Origin: Oikopleura dioica
Lineage: Eukaryota > Animalia > Chordata
Assembly: GCA_907165135.1 (NCBI GenBank)
Contig: OU015567.1
Span: 9,734,001 to 9,798,000, forward strand
DNA: 64,000 nt
Direction: 5' to 3'
The notes beneath the pieces were generated by a model, which saw nothing but the letters and a program-made list of their open reading frames with translations, ran no database searches and was not told where the DNA came from. How positions within the stretch are numbered: the stretch's first letter is position 1; every line of letters starts with the position of its first letter. A program made the position numbers and the translations under genes. Below are positions 1-12,443 of the stretch, in pieces.

Positions 1-933
1 GTCCCGCTTTCTTTCGAATAATTCCTGTATAAAAGAGGTCTTCAACTCTAAAGTCGTGGCGGCGCGTTGTTGAAGCAGTTTTGTAGATTTCTTTGGCAGT
101 GTATCCAGTGCAAGCTTGGCACTGTCCGTTGCAGTAGCTTGGGATATTATAAATTGAAGGCCACTGATCGCGCCAGATGAAGTATTTTCCGGAGTATGGT
201 GGTTTTCGCAAGGAAATCGGGCGCCCTCGGAGGCAGAACATTTCGTCCTGAGATCCGGTAAACAAATTATACAGTCTTTCATGTGGTTTTACTTTGCTCT
301 CAGCGGATAAATTCGGAGTCTTTAAAATCCTTCCCTGTCAAATCTAACGAGCGTATCATCGTCAACAAAGGCCACAGGCAGGTCTGAGTTGGGACAAAAA
401 TCATTGTAAAATTGATACCCAAGAAACGTTTTTATCGGCAAGTTGTCATACGTATCTTCAAAATCTCCCACTATCAAGTCGCCGTTTTCGTCAGCTTCTT
501 TCTGGATCTCTTCTTTGTTGTCTCCGTCTCCGAGGAGGAAGTAAAGATTCATATTTGGCTGAAGAAGTTTTGCATGTTCGCGAAAAGCCTGACGATTTGA
601 TGGGCCACGAGAAAGTTTTACTCGACTTTAATTGAGTTTTATTTGAGTTTTGAGCAAAACTTTTGAGATTTTATTAAGTCTTTTTTATTCGATAATTAAA
701 CTCTTTCTTGTTTTAACAAAGACGGTTATTTCTGCCTCACATTTCTGAGTCGGTTTCATCAAATAGTTTATGTGTTGTGTTGGAGAATCTTCTCGATAAA
801 TGACTGGAAGCTCGTCAGATTTGATATAGTTGTCCATCTGAAAGAGTCCCTGAAGCTTCATATTTTGTACAATGGGTGGTCCAACAAAGGAATCTTTCAT
901 GTAAACGCCATCTTTATCCATGAGTTTTGCCAT
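1..933 (-). CDS. Beta-1,3-galactosyl/GlcNAc transferase family (Galactosyl_T), multi-exon; 3' end runs off the window
   Basis: Exons encode YLMKPTQKC..ITVFVKT, NLYFLLG..IQKEADENGDLIVGDFEDTYDNLPIKT..FVDDD (DxD-type motif) and PSYCNG..EDLFYTGIIRKKAG (1-250), all typical of this family. Confidence 0.85.
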
Positions 934-1064
934 GGCGAGATGGTACTGGAAAAAGCAGTGACCAGGCTGTAGATTGTAGTTTGACGCAGTATGCTTTTTG
1001 TGTCTTTTCGTTAGTTTTGAAATTGATATCTGATTGAAAGGATTAATTTAAAAGAGAATCTAAT

Positions 1065-1775
1065 TCAAAACTCAAATATAAATGCAACAAGAACTGGGTC
1101 CAAAAGCATGCGTTGATTCTTGCTTGAAACAATACAGTCCCTTCCTTTGCTATTGTAGTATTCTATGTATTCAACCACTTCAGGGTCGAAAGAACACTCG
1201 TAAGAGCAATGATGATTTTGAGGACTTATGTACTGAAATTGCTTCTCATTCTTCAATAGTGGCTTCAGATCTTTGATATTTTGTAGAACATCTGTTTTAT
1301 CGCTCAAAATAAGGATTTTATCGAAGAGCTCCAGTTTAGAAATTAATCCAGCGGGCCAAGGATTCACCCAAAAGTCGAATTCCAAGAATTCCTCGTACTC
1401 GATGTTTTCGGGGTTTTTGACGACAAAAATCGGTTCGATGTACACTTCAGGATAGAGTAGCTTCAGATATCTGTAATTTTGGCGTTGTGCTTGAATTATG
1501 CTCTCTTGGCTTTCCGTATCGTCGTCGTAAAGGTGGATTACAGCGAGTTTGTACTCAGTTCTAATATCTTCTTGCAGAAAGAGACCTGATGCGTTTTAAT
1601 TTATGCGAAATTCTAAACCTGTACCTGGGTCATTCATATGCACATTCTGTGACGCTTCAGTAAGCACCGCTCGTACAGGAGCTATCCCGATCTCTGCTTG
1701 ATCAACTTCATAAAATAAAAGAAACACGCTCGAAACAATAAGTATCGAAATAAAAAGTGAAATATTTCTCCTCAT
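1065..1775 (-). CDS. Type II membrane-anchor exon plus unassigned exon; either a separate gene or the 5' part of the glycosyltransferase
   Basis: ATG at 1775 gives MRRNISLFISILIVSSVFLLFYEV (short basic tail + hydrophobic helix). ORF 1065-1445 follows. A phase-0 splice into the 685-933 frame is possible. Confidence 0.45.
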
Positions 1776-2274
1776 AATCCTCAAATGTCCATCTTCGAAT
1801 AAAGTTTTCTCTGGCCGCTTTTTGTTTACTGCAGATGTGATGACCTTTATATTGAATAAGGATAATAGACCCCGAAGGAGAGGTGCTTCCAAATGAATTC
1901 TGACGTGAAAGAATTTATCTCATTTTCTTATATAATTTCATAATTGAGATTCTTTGCCGCAGAAAATTTCCGGGGAAAAATGTTCTGTTTTCGTATCTTT
2001 ACAAAAGGCGGAAAAGCTTTCTGGCGTAAAACGTAAATGCTAAATCATATCCTGACAATTAAAAGGGCTTTTCGACAACGGACGAAAGAATCTCTTGAAA
2101 ACAAAGAATTGACTGCTTCATAAAAAAGTTGTATTTTTTTTGAGTTTTTTTTTGCTTTTTTTTTTATTATTGGAAATTTGAATAGTAAATAACTACAGAT
2201 TAACAGCTAAGAAATGAAAGGAATTGGAAGGCATAAATATTTGGAGAAATCTCCGGAAAAGAAGTTACAGGTTT

Positions 2275-2454
2275 TCAGATTCGGAGGACGAGTTCAAGCT
2301 TTTTAATGTACTCGCATGCGGCAGTGACGATTTCAGCCTCGTCGTCGCTTTCGAATCCGGCTTGTGAATGATTGAGGATCATTTTGAGCATGTCGAGGCA
2401 GTCCTCCTCGGAGTTGAGCTGGGAGAGGTTGATGTTTTGTCCTTCAGTGATCAT
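2275..2454 (-). CDS. 59-aa intronless HLH microprotein without a basic region (Id/extramacrochaetae-like)
   Basis: MITEGQNINLSQLNSEEDCLDMLKMILNHSQAGFESDDEAEIVTAACEYIKKLELVLRI*. DCLDMLKMIL and EIVTAACEYIKKLELVL match Id helix 1 (CYSRLKELV) and helix 2 (EILQHVIDYIRDLQLEL). A TATA box lies upstream. It falls below the ORF-track cutoff. Confidence 0.6.
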   Translation of the reverse strand: MITEGQNINLSQLNSEEDCLDMLKMILNHSQAGFESDDEAEIVTAACEYIKKLELVLRI

Positions 2455-2529
2455 TTTGGATTTTTGCTTTTGAGGCTTTGCTTCTTGCAGGAGAATGTGT
2501 TGTGATAATTTCCTGAGACTCGAGCGACG

Positions 2530-2537
2530 TATTTATA
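2530..2537 (-). promoter_or_regulatory. TATA box (TATAAATA) of the HLH microprotein gene
   Basis: tatttata on +, about 75 nt upstream of the ATG at 2454. Confidence 0.55.
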
Positions 2538-2654
2538 ACGGAACCAGCCGTAAGATGGTGCTGCGCGGAAGGGGTTCTTAAAGAGGGCGCGGCGCATCTC
2601 GCAGGTGTTGATCATATCGTTTGATAATTTTATCGCTCAGCTTGTGCTTTTAGT

Positions 2655-3630
2655 ACCTCAATTATACAGGGTAGGATGTGTTTGAAGTTCTGATGCTTCC
2701 GTCATTCTCAGCAGATGCAAATGTCTGCAGCTTGGCAGTTATTCTTCTTTGCCTCTCTGAAGTTGGCCCGGCTTAGTTATTTTATATAACAAAATTTGCA
2801 ATTATTCATGACGCATAATACTGATGCTACATTAGGCTTGAGACTCGGTTCTTCAGCTACGATTCTTTGATAATACTTGAACATTTGCGCCAAGTTAGAT
2901 GTCTGCACTAGTTGTTCGTAATTATTTTGAATACAAGGCATACGATTTTCATCAGTTTAACTAAAACCAATAATTGTCCAATTGAAATTATCAAGCAATC
3001 ATATTCTTATTCTCTTTTTGTTAATTAGAATAAGGTTTCAGATCTTTCATACTTTGTAAAACATTTGTTTCCTCGCTCAAAACAGGGTTTTTATTCTAAA
3101 TAATCGTTACTGTTAATTAAAACATGAAGATACACTAGTTTATAATCTTCATCTGTCTTCAAACCATCAATAGAAATTAAAGATATTAGTTTTCTCAAGT
3201 ATACGGTATACCTCGGAAACATCCAATTATCAGTCCTTGCAAATTGCAATGAAAACTATGAGCATTTGAATATTCCAACTTCCGGTTGATGCGTGAAATC
3301 AAAATCTTTCTGGGAGAGGCTGTTTCTGTCTCAAAAGCACCTGGGGATTACAATTGATGTCCTCATTCCCAGTACCTCCCGTATTTGCTCGTTCTAATTG
3401 AGCAATTTGTCCGATTACCATCGCCAAAAAGGGATCTGTTTATTTGTCCGATAGACAGGGGCAGGTCACCGCGGCAATAAAACTTTGAAAATGATCCTCA
3501 ATCCACATCTGGGGGAAAAACTAGGCTGTTTGTGAGCATCAAGTGTCTGGAAAGCAACGCGTTCGGTTTTTTAGGGACATGACTAGCAGAATTACTGCCG
3601 CAATAAATCCATATTCCGAATATCATATTC
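2655..3630 (-). CDS. Possible unidentified multi-exon gene
   Basis: Short open exon-like segments (MPCIQNNYEQLVQTSNLAQMFKYYQRIVAEEPSLKPN; DPFLAMVIGQIAQLERANT; PTSERQRRITAKLQ..YPV*) with some splice-like boundaries; no family recognised. Confidence 0.25.
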
Positions 3631-3766
3631 GACTAAGAAATATCGTATTTCGATTAGTGTGAGCGCACAAGATTTACTACGGAGAACAAAGATCTTTTGA
3701 AAACGGTTTTGTCAAAAGTAAAGGTGTTCTCTAAGAAGTTTATGATATCTGCGCCAGTCTACCAGT

Positions 3767-3913
3767 AGTTTTATCTTTGTTATCAACTAATTCTCTAAAT
3801 GATCAAACGAATCGTCGATTTTCTTTTAGATTTTCTTGTTCTCGACTTTTCTACAAGAAAATCGACGATTAGTTCGATCATTTAGAAAATTAGTTGATAA
3901 CAAAGATTAAACT
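3767..3913. repeat. Foldback inverted repeat (about 60-bp arms), MITE-like
   Basis: agttttatctttgttatcaactaattctctaaatgatc..atcgtcgattttctt pairs with aagaaaatcgacgatt..gatcatttagaaaattagttgataacaaagattaaact; no clear TSD. Confidence 0.7.
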
Positions 3914-4613
3914 CCTAATTTATGTTATATATATATTGTTTACGAAGCTAACATCTGCTGAAATTATTCGGTTTCGCTTCGCTGTTCACTAATTCTTTGT
4001 TTCAGAGAGAATTCATATGCCTGATCTCGAGTTATACTCAATTGATACTACCTCATGGTAAATCATTCGATATCAGATTGCTTCGTTTTTCTTTCAACGA
4101 AAAGCAACCAGTCTATCAGACCCGTTGTCTATTTGCAAAAAGAAAAGAACGCCACCCATCTTCGACGAGACATCGCAGAATGCGCTTTCGGTGCGTTTTC
4201 AGCCTTTAGCGTTCGCGGATTGGCTGAGCCCGTTGAGCTCGCTCTTCGAAATTGGCCCAGAGAAACGATCGAAATTCCTGTCGTGTTTGATAAACTACGT
4301 GTCCAACCCGAAAATAAACAAAAATTGCAGAAAACCGGGTTCAGAGGCCACTGCTCAAATTAATATTTAACCCCAACTTTCAATCGCTGGCATGCATCCT
4401 GTCATTAATTCCCGCTGATTTTTATGTGCAGAGTTCTTGCTTACAGACGTCTCGGGAAAATATTGTGTTATTTTTGAAAAAATTGATTCAGAGTGCAAAC
4501 GATGGATAGGGAATACTGCGGCTTTCTCCAGAAAGTTTAGATTTTCTCCGTTTTTTTTTTTTCTTCGTCGAGCAGTGGAAATCGTCAGCTACAGTCAGGA
4601 GAAAGCTACAGAG

Positions 4614-7070
4614 ATGAGCGCGGAGAGAGAAAGAAGATTCTTCCTAGCCTCGTGCTGCTTTTGGTTTCTTTTGTCAGGCATAGAATATAGTATAGGAATG
4701 TTGTTACATAGAATTGAATACGGATCGTTGGTATGAATAAAGACATAACAATTTATTCAAAACTTGTGGATAATCGTTTTCACATGAATGGTCATTTCCG
4801 GCAGGATAACAATTCCTCAATCTTAAGCCTTTCATACTTTCATCCTTTCTTTTTGATTCCCATGATTTTTATCATGGAGAGGGATTTTTACGCATTAATT
4901 GTCAATAATTATTTGTGTTATTGTTATTATTTAAAAATTAAAAAATGATAAACCATTAGTTTTATGTCTCGTTAAAACTGGCCATGAGACTTGCAAATAT
5001 TTGCCCTTTCTCTCTTTATTATGTGCAAAATTGCGTCAAAAAAACGACCTCGTCGTGAAAAAGTGCCCTTTGTAACAACCGAAAGTGCTTCCAACGATTC
5101 TGTACTACTTTCAAAGTGTCGGCGCGGGAATGAGCTACCACGGATATGGAATTGCTGCTCTGGCGTTTAGTGCGATGCTCAGTGCTCCAATCTACGCTAG
5201 AATCGGCGATAAGCTAATGTCGTGCAAGATGGTCTTGCAAGTGGGAATCGTGTTTTCGATCGTTGGAAACTTTGTATATTTCGCGTTTCCAAAGGCGAAT
5301 TTGATCGTCCTGGCGAGAATGATTTCGGGACTTGGATGGGGACTAGAAGGTTTGCTCAATTATCTTTTCCTCCGTAAACTTTCGTTCAGGTGCTCTAATG
5401 GGTCAAATCGGCAGAACATACAACCAAGAAAATAAGACCAAATCGTTGGCTCTTGCTCTTATCACTCGCCAAGCTGGAATCATTGCTGGCCCGCTTTCCG
5501 TGCAGTTCTTTGAAAATATCAAATTTTCCTTCACTGTTTTCGGGCTTTATATTGATGTAAATCAACACAACTTTCCCGGCTTTCTTCTTTGTAAGTCAGA
5601 ATAGACCTGAATAGCGAAGAATTGTTTTCTTACAAAAATTTCAAGGTATCGGATGGGCAATCGTCTGGATCTACATGCTACTGTTCTACCGCGATGCGGA
5701 GGCGCAGCCCGACGAAAACTGCAACTATCTGGTGATCGAAGAAAACGAATCATCCGAATCGCCTATGAAGAAAAATTCAAAGCTAACGAAAAGCTCGGAA
5801 TCGTTCAAGAACCAATCGTCGTCGCCGCTGTTTGCTCCTTCGCGACGTACTTGTTGCAGAGTGGGATGGAGTCCCTTATTACGCCATTTACGAGCCACTT
5901 CTTTGGCTGGGAACCAAAGGAGAACGCGTTTATGTACACTGTTGTTGGCCTGATCTCGTTTCTAGGTTATTTAAGGTGCGAAACATCAATGAGAATGAGC
6001 ATTTTTCTTTAATTTTTGAAATGGCCGAAATCAATGACATTTTAGTATTCAATTTCTCACAAAATGCACTGACGATCGTCACACTCTACTCGCCGGAATT
6101 TCCGCCTGTGCACTAGTCTTGGTAAAAACCCCTTTTGACCACAAAGTTTCTTATACTTTCCCTATTTTCAGTTGATGATCATCGCAATCATCCCCATCGC
6201 GACGTTCCGCGCCGAGTGGGTCTATCCACTGTTCTACATCGGAATCTTTCTCTTCTGCTGGTTCCTCCCTTACGTCGTCTCTTCATCCGCTTCCATTCTT
6301 TCCAAAGCAGCTTCAAAGGAACAGCAATCGCAGGCCCAAACGATCCGCACTTGCGGCGAAGTTGGCGCCCAAATCTTCGGCCCTTTTTGGGTCCCTTCCA
6401 TCTTCGAAATCTCCCAATCGCCCGGAATGGGCATTTTTGAATCTTCAATTCTAATGTGGCAACTTATCTTTATGACGCTGTGTATGGCATTGACGATAAT
6501 CAGCTGGGATTATATGAAGCCAGAAGGTATATTTTATTTACCGGCTTAGATAAGAAACACGTGCAGGGTTAAATTGGAATGGTCAGCGTACCGTGTGTCA
6601 TGATAATTTTTAAATCAATCAAATATAATTTTCCCAAAATATCGTATTAGATGATTATCATAATTGGCGATTATCTTATTCATATTTTGATCAACACGTG
6701 CTCTCGATTAGAATAGAGTACTATTGGATTGACGAACTTAAGTATTCAAAATATCTTCTCAAAACTAGTAGAAATAACTACAGTTGTTTGCAATTGCATC
6801 CTTTGATTAAATTTTCCTTCAGACGTGGAGCCGTATTTGGACCCAATCCTTCCGAGCGACGGGCTGGACCCAGTTGCCGGGCTGGCCAAGTACGACGATG
6901 ATTTGCTCGCCTCTCAAGCGTCGCTCCCGACTTCTATGATTTCGTCCCTTGCCGAATTGAATAAAAGGTCAAAACTGGACCATCGGATCCGCACAAGAAC
7001 GATCAGCAAGTCCGAAACGCAATCAAAACTCGTCGACTCGGTGATGCTCACCGAGCCCCGTCAAAGTTAA
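4614..7070 (+). CDS. MFS transporter, MFSD8/CLN7-like, multi-exon, with an apparent 1-nt frameshift near 5760
   Basis: MSAERERRFFLASCCFWFLLSGIEY; LPTILYYF..SAPIYARIGDK..LARMISGLGWG; RQAGIIAGP; multiple TM helices. The last exon (6823-7070) joins in phase 1 (PE|DVEPY). Confidence 0.8.
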
Positions 7071-7771
7071 CTCGCTCTGTTTCAATAATGCTTTTATTTC
7101 TCCTGAAAGTTGCCCTTCTATCGTTATTCTTCAATTCCCAATTTTGTACATAGCTGAATATAAAAGATCTTAATTTAAAGCTGTTGCATCTTCCTGTGCT
7201 TGTTGTCATTTGCGTTCCAATATGAAAATCGTATAAAAGAATCATCATCCAGTAAGGGTACTTATAAACGATTCAATAGCGATACGCGCTAGTTGAACTA
7301 ACTGGAAATCTTTCGCTCGAAATATTAAAAAAAAAATAATACTGACCGTTTAGAAAATAGCACTAAAATGACCCCTTATTTTCGTCTTTTTCAAATTTTC
7401 CTTCGTTTCAAAAATGCAGACGGCGATCTTCGCCTGAGGCAGTCCAACTGGCCGCATTTATTTCCCAAAATCCGCATCTTTCACCAATTAAATCCTTATC
7501 CAGAGAAAACATAAAGCACAGAAATGCTTGTGTAGTGACATGTATGCTTATTTTATATATTTCTAGATATTTTCCACTTTCCATACATTTTTTCTTTTGC
7601 CTGAGCTCCGTATACCTCCAGTCTCATTTTTGATTATCCTCATTCTTACTCGATTCGTAAAAAAACCTTTTTCACAGATACTTTTTTCTTCAAAAACTTA
7701 CATTCTCGTTCATGAAACAAGTCATTTCTTGATCATTTTTCTTCAGATGCGCTTTTGAGAAAAAGGAAGGG

Positions 7772-10700
7772 ATGATCATCGTTTGCAGCAAATTAGAGAA
7801 TGACCCGCGCGTTGCTGCCTCCGTCGCCTGGTTGATCCAGAGCGGCAAACGCACGAAATTCATGAGTGAAGATGGTATCATGAACTGGCTAGAGCACAGG
7901 GAGGATGAAACGCTAACTACCGTCGTTCTCGGCGAGTTCTGGGGACATTCGGTTTATCCTGCCTTGGAAAATACGTCGAATATCAATGTGTTAGGAAGGA
8001 CGATCTTTTTAGGTAAGAAAATCGAAAACAAAGACGTCTTATAAGAGGAAAATATGAGTTTCCAACTTGGAAATTCAGAGAGCTCAAAAGCTAAAGTTCT
8101 CCCCTTTTCCTCGTTCTCAACTAATCGTCTTTCCGTACAACTTCTTCCCAGAAACTTCCCTTCTTTCTAAAAACTTCTTTTGCTAGAGCGTTGCGAGCAC
8201 CGCAAATCCCTCCCAACGCGTCTTCGCCATCCTCTCTACTGTTCTGCCTTTGAGGGCCTCAATGTCGTGCTTAACACTTGCGGTAGGCCGAATATGGAGA
8301 ACAGAATCCAACGAATTCGCTGGATGGGCGGCAAAGTCTACGAGAAAATAGATTCAAACAATAACAACAACATAAACAGGCTGATTGCGACACGAGTTCA
8401 TGGCCCGAATTTCAGAAAAGCGGTTGGACTTGACATTCCTTGCGTTTCGCCTAAATATGTTCTGTAAGTAGACTTCTATTGAAAAGATTCTTAATTAACT
8501 TTTGACTAGTGATTGTTGGGATGAGAAACGGCATCTTCCGTCATTCCGCGCTTCTGATCCTGAATACACAAAGATGTACAAACGAAAGGCATTCGAAGAG
8601 TGCAAAATCTACTTTCACTGTTTCTCCCAAAAAGACGAAGAGGAACTAGAGAAATATACTGTCAAGCTTGGCGGAGAACGAGCCCAAGAAGCGCTCAAAG
8701 CGACGCATATTCTTTGCGCGGTGGATTCGCCGCCATTGACAGCTAAACTAGATGAAAGAGTTTTTCCTGTAACGGCAAGGGATGAAGCTTTATTTCTATA
8801 CCGTCACTTTGAATGAGTCTCGAATGCAAATCTTTCATCGCTTTAAAAAGTACGAGTGGTTTTGGCACTCGATTCAAATCGAAGCCCGAGCTGGTGAGCG
8901 AGCCTATCGCCCAGAAAATTGGGAACCAGAAGATTTAACCAGCTTGAGTGAGAATACATCCGCGTCTGATCTTCAAAAGAGTCGCAGCTTTGACAGAACT
9001 CTTTCACCAACAAGTATTCTTGATGAAGTTGTAAATACGAGCGTGGTTACAGGCACATGTCCTCTAATATTCATATATTTAGTGGAGTGGAAAAGGTTTT
9101 AGTCAAAAACCACCTGTCAAGAATAATTTCAGGACCTGTTTTAAGCCCAAAGGAAACGTACTAACGAGCAATTATCCGACACGTCACCAGATAGACTATC
9201 ACAACAAGAGTGTAAGACACAAATTCTCTTTGTAGTAGCCATAAAATCATAAAATGTTGATCTTACTCGTGTATGTCATCAATTTCTCTCGATTTAAGAT
9301 TAATTACACACCAATCGACATTCTAAAGTGATTGAACATATGTCTAAGCTGCTAAGCGTACATATGTGTATAACGACCTTATTGCTTCCCTAGCCAGCAA
9401 AGAATCGTCAGTTATCAGCGAGATTCTGGCAAGAACTGCCAGCTTGTCCACTCGTCCGACGCGTTCGGATTTTTATGACTCGCCGACGCGCGTAAAAAGT
9501 CGAGAGCGTTTTGGTAATTCTCACTTCTTTTTCAATCCCTTTATCACTCCTTTACGGAAATGTCTTGTTCCTCACGTATTTTTGAAAACGCATGGTTATT
9601 TTCTAAGACTACGGTAAAGCTCTTGCTTTATGAAAACAACCCCCAAGGGAGGAAGCTTTTTATTTATAGGCTATAAATTATAGCCCGTCTTTCTTCCGGA
9701 TACTCATCCCTCTTTTATCAACTTCGAAATAATCCAAAATAATCATAAACAATGATTCTCATCCGAGAGAGACTGGAATTAGAGCTATTTGAATATAAAA
9801 TCGGCTGTAAGTAATGCAAATATGCCTGAATCATAAAATTTATTATTCGCGCTGGCAAAAACTAAAATCCCATTCATCATTTTTCGAAATAAATGAAGAG
9901 AATCGCCAGAAAATCGTTTCGAGTTCTCAAAGCTATCCGGGAAGATTTTAATCGTATGTCTAACTCAACTTACTAAAAATTTTTTTGCATGCTTGAAATT
10001 CTGCTCTTCTCGATAGAAGGCACGTTTCACTTTTTCACAACTCTCATTTATCCCTTTGAAAATAATTGTTTCCTAACTCCATGTTTCGAATAGTCGGAGA
10101 GCCACAGAAAAAACTTTCAAAAGCAATCGCCCGTGAACTACTCGAAACCGAAGAAAATTACCTAAACTTATTGCGTTTTACCGTCAACGACCTGAAAGAA
10201 GCACTCGTCGCACAACCCTCAAAAAGTACGTCTTCCACCTTTGTTTTGATTCTTGAGTTACTATTTTAGGCTCTGGTCCGATATTGGATAGTCTTACTGC
10301 GAAGACTATTTTTGGCAATCTTCCGGGCATTTTAGAGCTTCATGAATCGATCTTCAAGGATTTGCAAAAAACAGTGGATGAAATTGCCCTTGGGAAACAG
10401 GTAGCAGTTACTGAAACAATTCAGTTGGATGATAAAAACTATTCAGGGGCATATTGGCGAATGCTTCGTAAATCATAGCAAAAACATGCAGACAGCATAC
10501 CGTCAATACGTCGGTTACATGGACGCATCCAAACAAGAGCGCACCTATCAACGAGAAGAGAACGACCGGTTTACGGCTTTCCTGAAACTGAAGGAGCGAT
10601 CTGCGCCTGGACGACAGGGTCTCGATGGGCTGCTGATGGCTCCCGTTCAGCGATTACCGAGAATCAGCCTGCTTCTCAAGCAATACAAAAAAGAAGTCGA

Positions 10701-12043
10701 AGCAGAAGACAACGCGTCAAAAGAGCTCGATGAAGCGATCGAACAAGTACACAAAATCACACTAGAAGTAGACGAATTCACAGCAGTTCAAAACTCCTAC
10801 CGGGAAATGTTCGCGATCGCAAACGAGATCGAAAACTGTCCAACAACGCTGTATTCTGGAAATCGCCAATATATCGACAAAGTAGAGGCGATTTGCGTAC
10901 GCGAGAATCCATACGCAAGAGTTGGTGATCAAATGATCCTGTTGATATTCAATGACTGTGTTGAAATTACAAAGGTAGATTCATCAAAAACCAATTCCTC
11001 TAACAGTTCTGTAGAAAAAGAGATCCAGAGGCGGCTCCTTCAGACTCGGTAAATCTGATACGAGGTCAGGTTGTCCGGCGAAAAAGGTAAATGAATGATA
11101 AATGGAAGCCGATTTTACGATTCTTAGATCAACTACTCACACCGTGAATTGGTAAATTTCTCCAACCCAGCTCCGGGAGGGAAACAACAAAGTAGCACGA
11201 TCTGTCAAGTGATGGATATCCTCGATTCAGAGCGCAATTTCGTGATCACACATCGACACCCAAGTGATAGTGAACCTACAGAGTTGTGTCTTCAGATCGT
11301 AATTCCGATCGATAAGCAGACAATGATTCAGGATTTCGATGAGACAGTCATGAAACACAGGAAAGCGGTTTTATATCTTTTTTTTTTTTTTTTAAATCAA
11401 CGAAGAGAACTTCCACTTGGAAATAGACACTCATAAACTATCAGTAGCAGTTTTTACGTCAATTATAAAACCTCAATGCGAAGAGCAAGTAAAGATATGG
11501 TGACGGACTCAATAATCTTACCAGTTTACGCTGAGCAAATCGGAAAATTGGCAGACCCATCGCGTCATCGCGGTTTGATGAAGTAGAGCAAATTTTTCCA
11601 GACAGGACTAATCTTTTATGACTAGGGGTTTGGGACGAAAAATGAGTTTCCGTGGAGACGACGATACCTATTCGCTAAAGCGATACGATTCACAGGCGTC
11701 TTTGGCATCTTACACTTCCATGATAAGTAACTACAGCGTACAGTCTGAATTTACATCTCCAAATCAGTTTGAATCGAGGGTAAGATAGGACTGAAAAGAT
11801 AAATTCAACTAATCTAAAATGAAGTCCCGAGCAAGCTCTATGTTCGACCAGCGCCTAAAGCCGTCCACTTCCATGTTCAATCTCCCGGATATTCCAAAGA
11901 AGATGGGCCGAACGTTCAAAAACCCGCTCAAAAAGATGGTCAACGCGTTCGTCCGGCCGCACAGTCCGAAGTCCCTTCTGAGTTCAAAGAAGTCACAACC
12001 CGCCCAGCCCTCACCACTCACCGATATGAACAAGAATTCTTAA
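7772..12043 (+). CDS. ECT2: ECT2/Pebble RhoGEF (BRCT repeats, DH, PH, basic C-tail); true start may lie in an upstream exon near 7370-7440
   Basis: HPLYC..MGGKV..AVGLDIPCVSPKY (BRCT1); AFEECKIYFHCFS..LGG (BRCT2); YEWFWHSIQIEARAGE; ELLETEENY..IFGNL..GRQGLDGLLMAPVQRLPRISLLL (DH). Confidence 0.93.
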
Positions 12044-12443
12044 GGCAGACTCCTTGAGACCCCATGTAAATTATTTTCAAGTGCCTTCGCTATCACAATT
12101 TTTGCTATCGAGTAGCAAACGTCTCTTCACTATTTTTTTCACATTCCATGGCAAGAAAAATGGTTTTCAGTTGAACTGAAGATCATTAATACTATATCAC
12201 GGTAATGCCTTTATAAGTATTTTTCTATATATGTATTCACTCACTGTACCCACACATACGCACTTAACTGCCTTTAACTCTCACCTTTCTTTCTTCCTGT
12301 TTGGACCTCGAGCACCTCCAGTACTTCTACTATTCCATCACTGAATAAAAGAATATCCAACCACTGTCCTAACAGAAAACGAACAGAAATAAAAGTGAAA
12401 TGAAAATGGTGTTATTTAGCAGGGGAGTACTTGAATTGGAGAG

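Noticed and set aside
4055-4363. ORF with RDIAECAFG (Harbinger-like) and SVRGLAEPVEL (GST-like) look-alike motifs
   Set aside because: Matches are short, mutually incompatible and lack supporting flanking motifs or splice structure.
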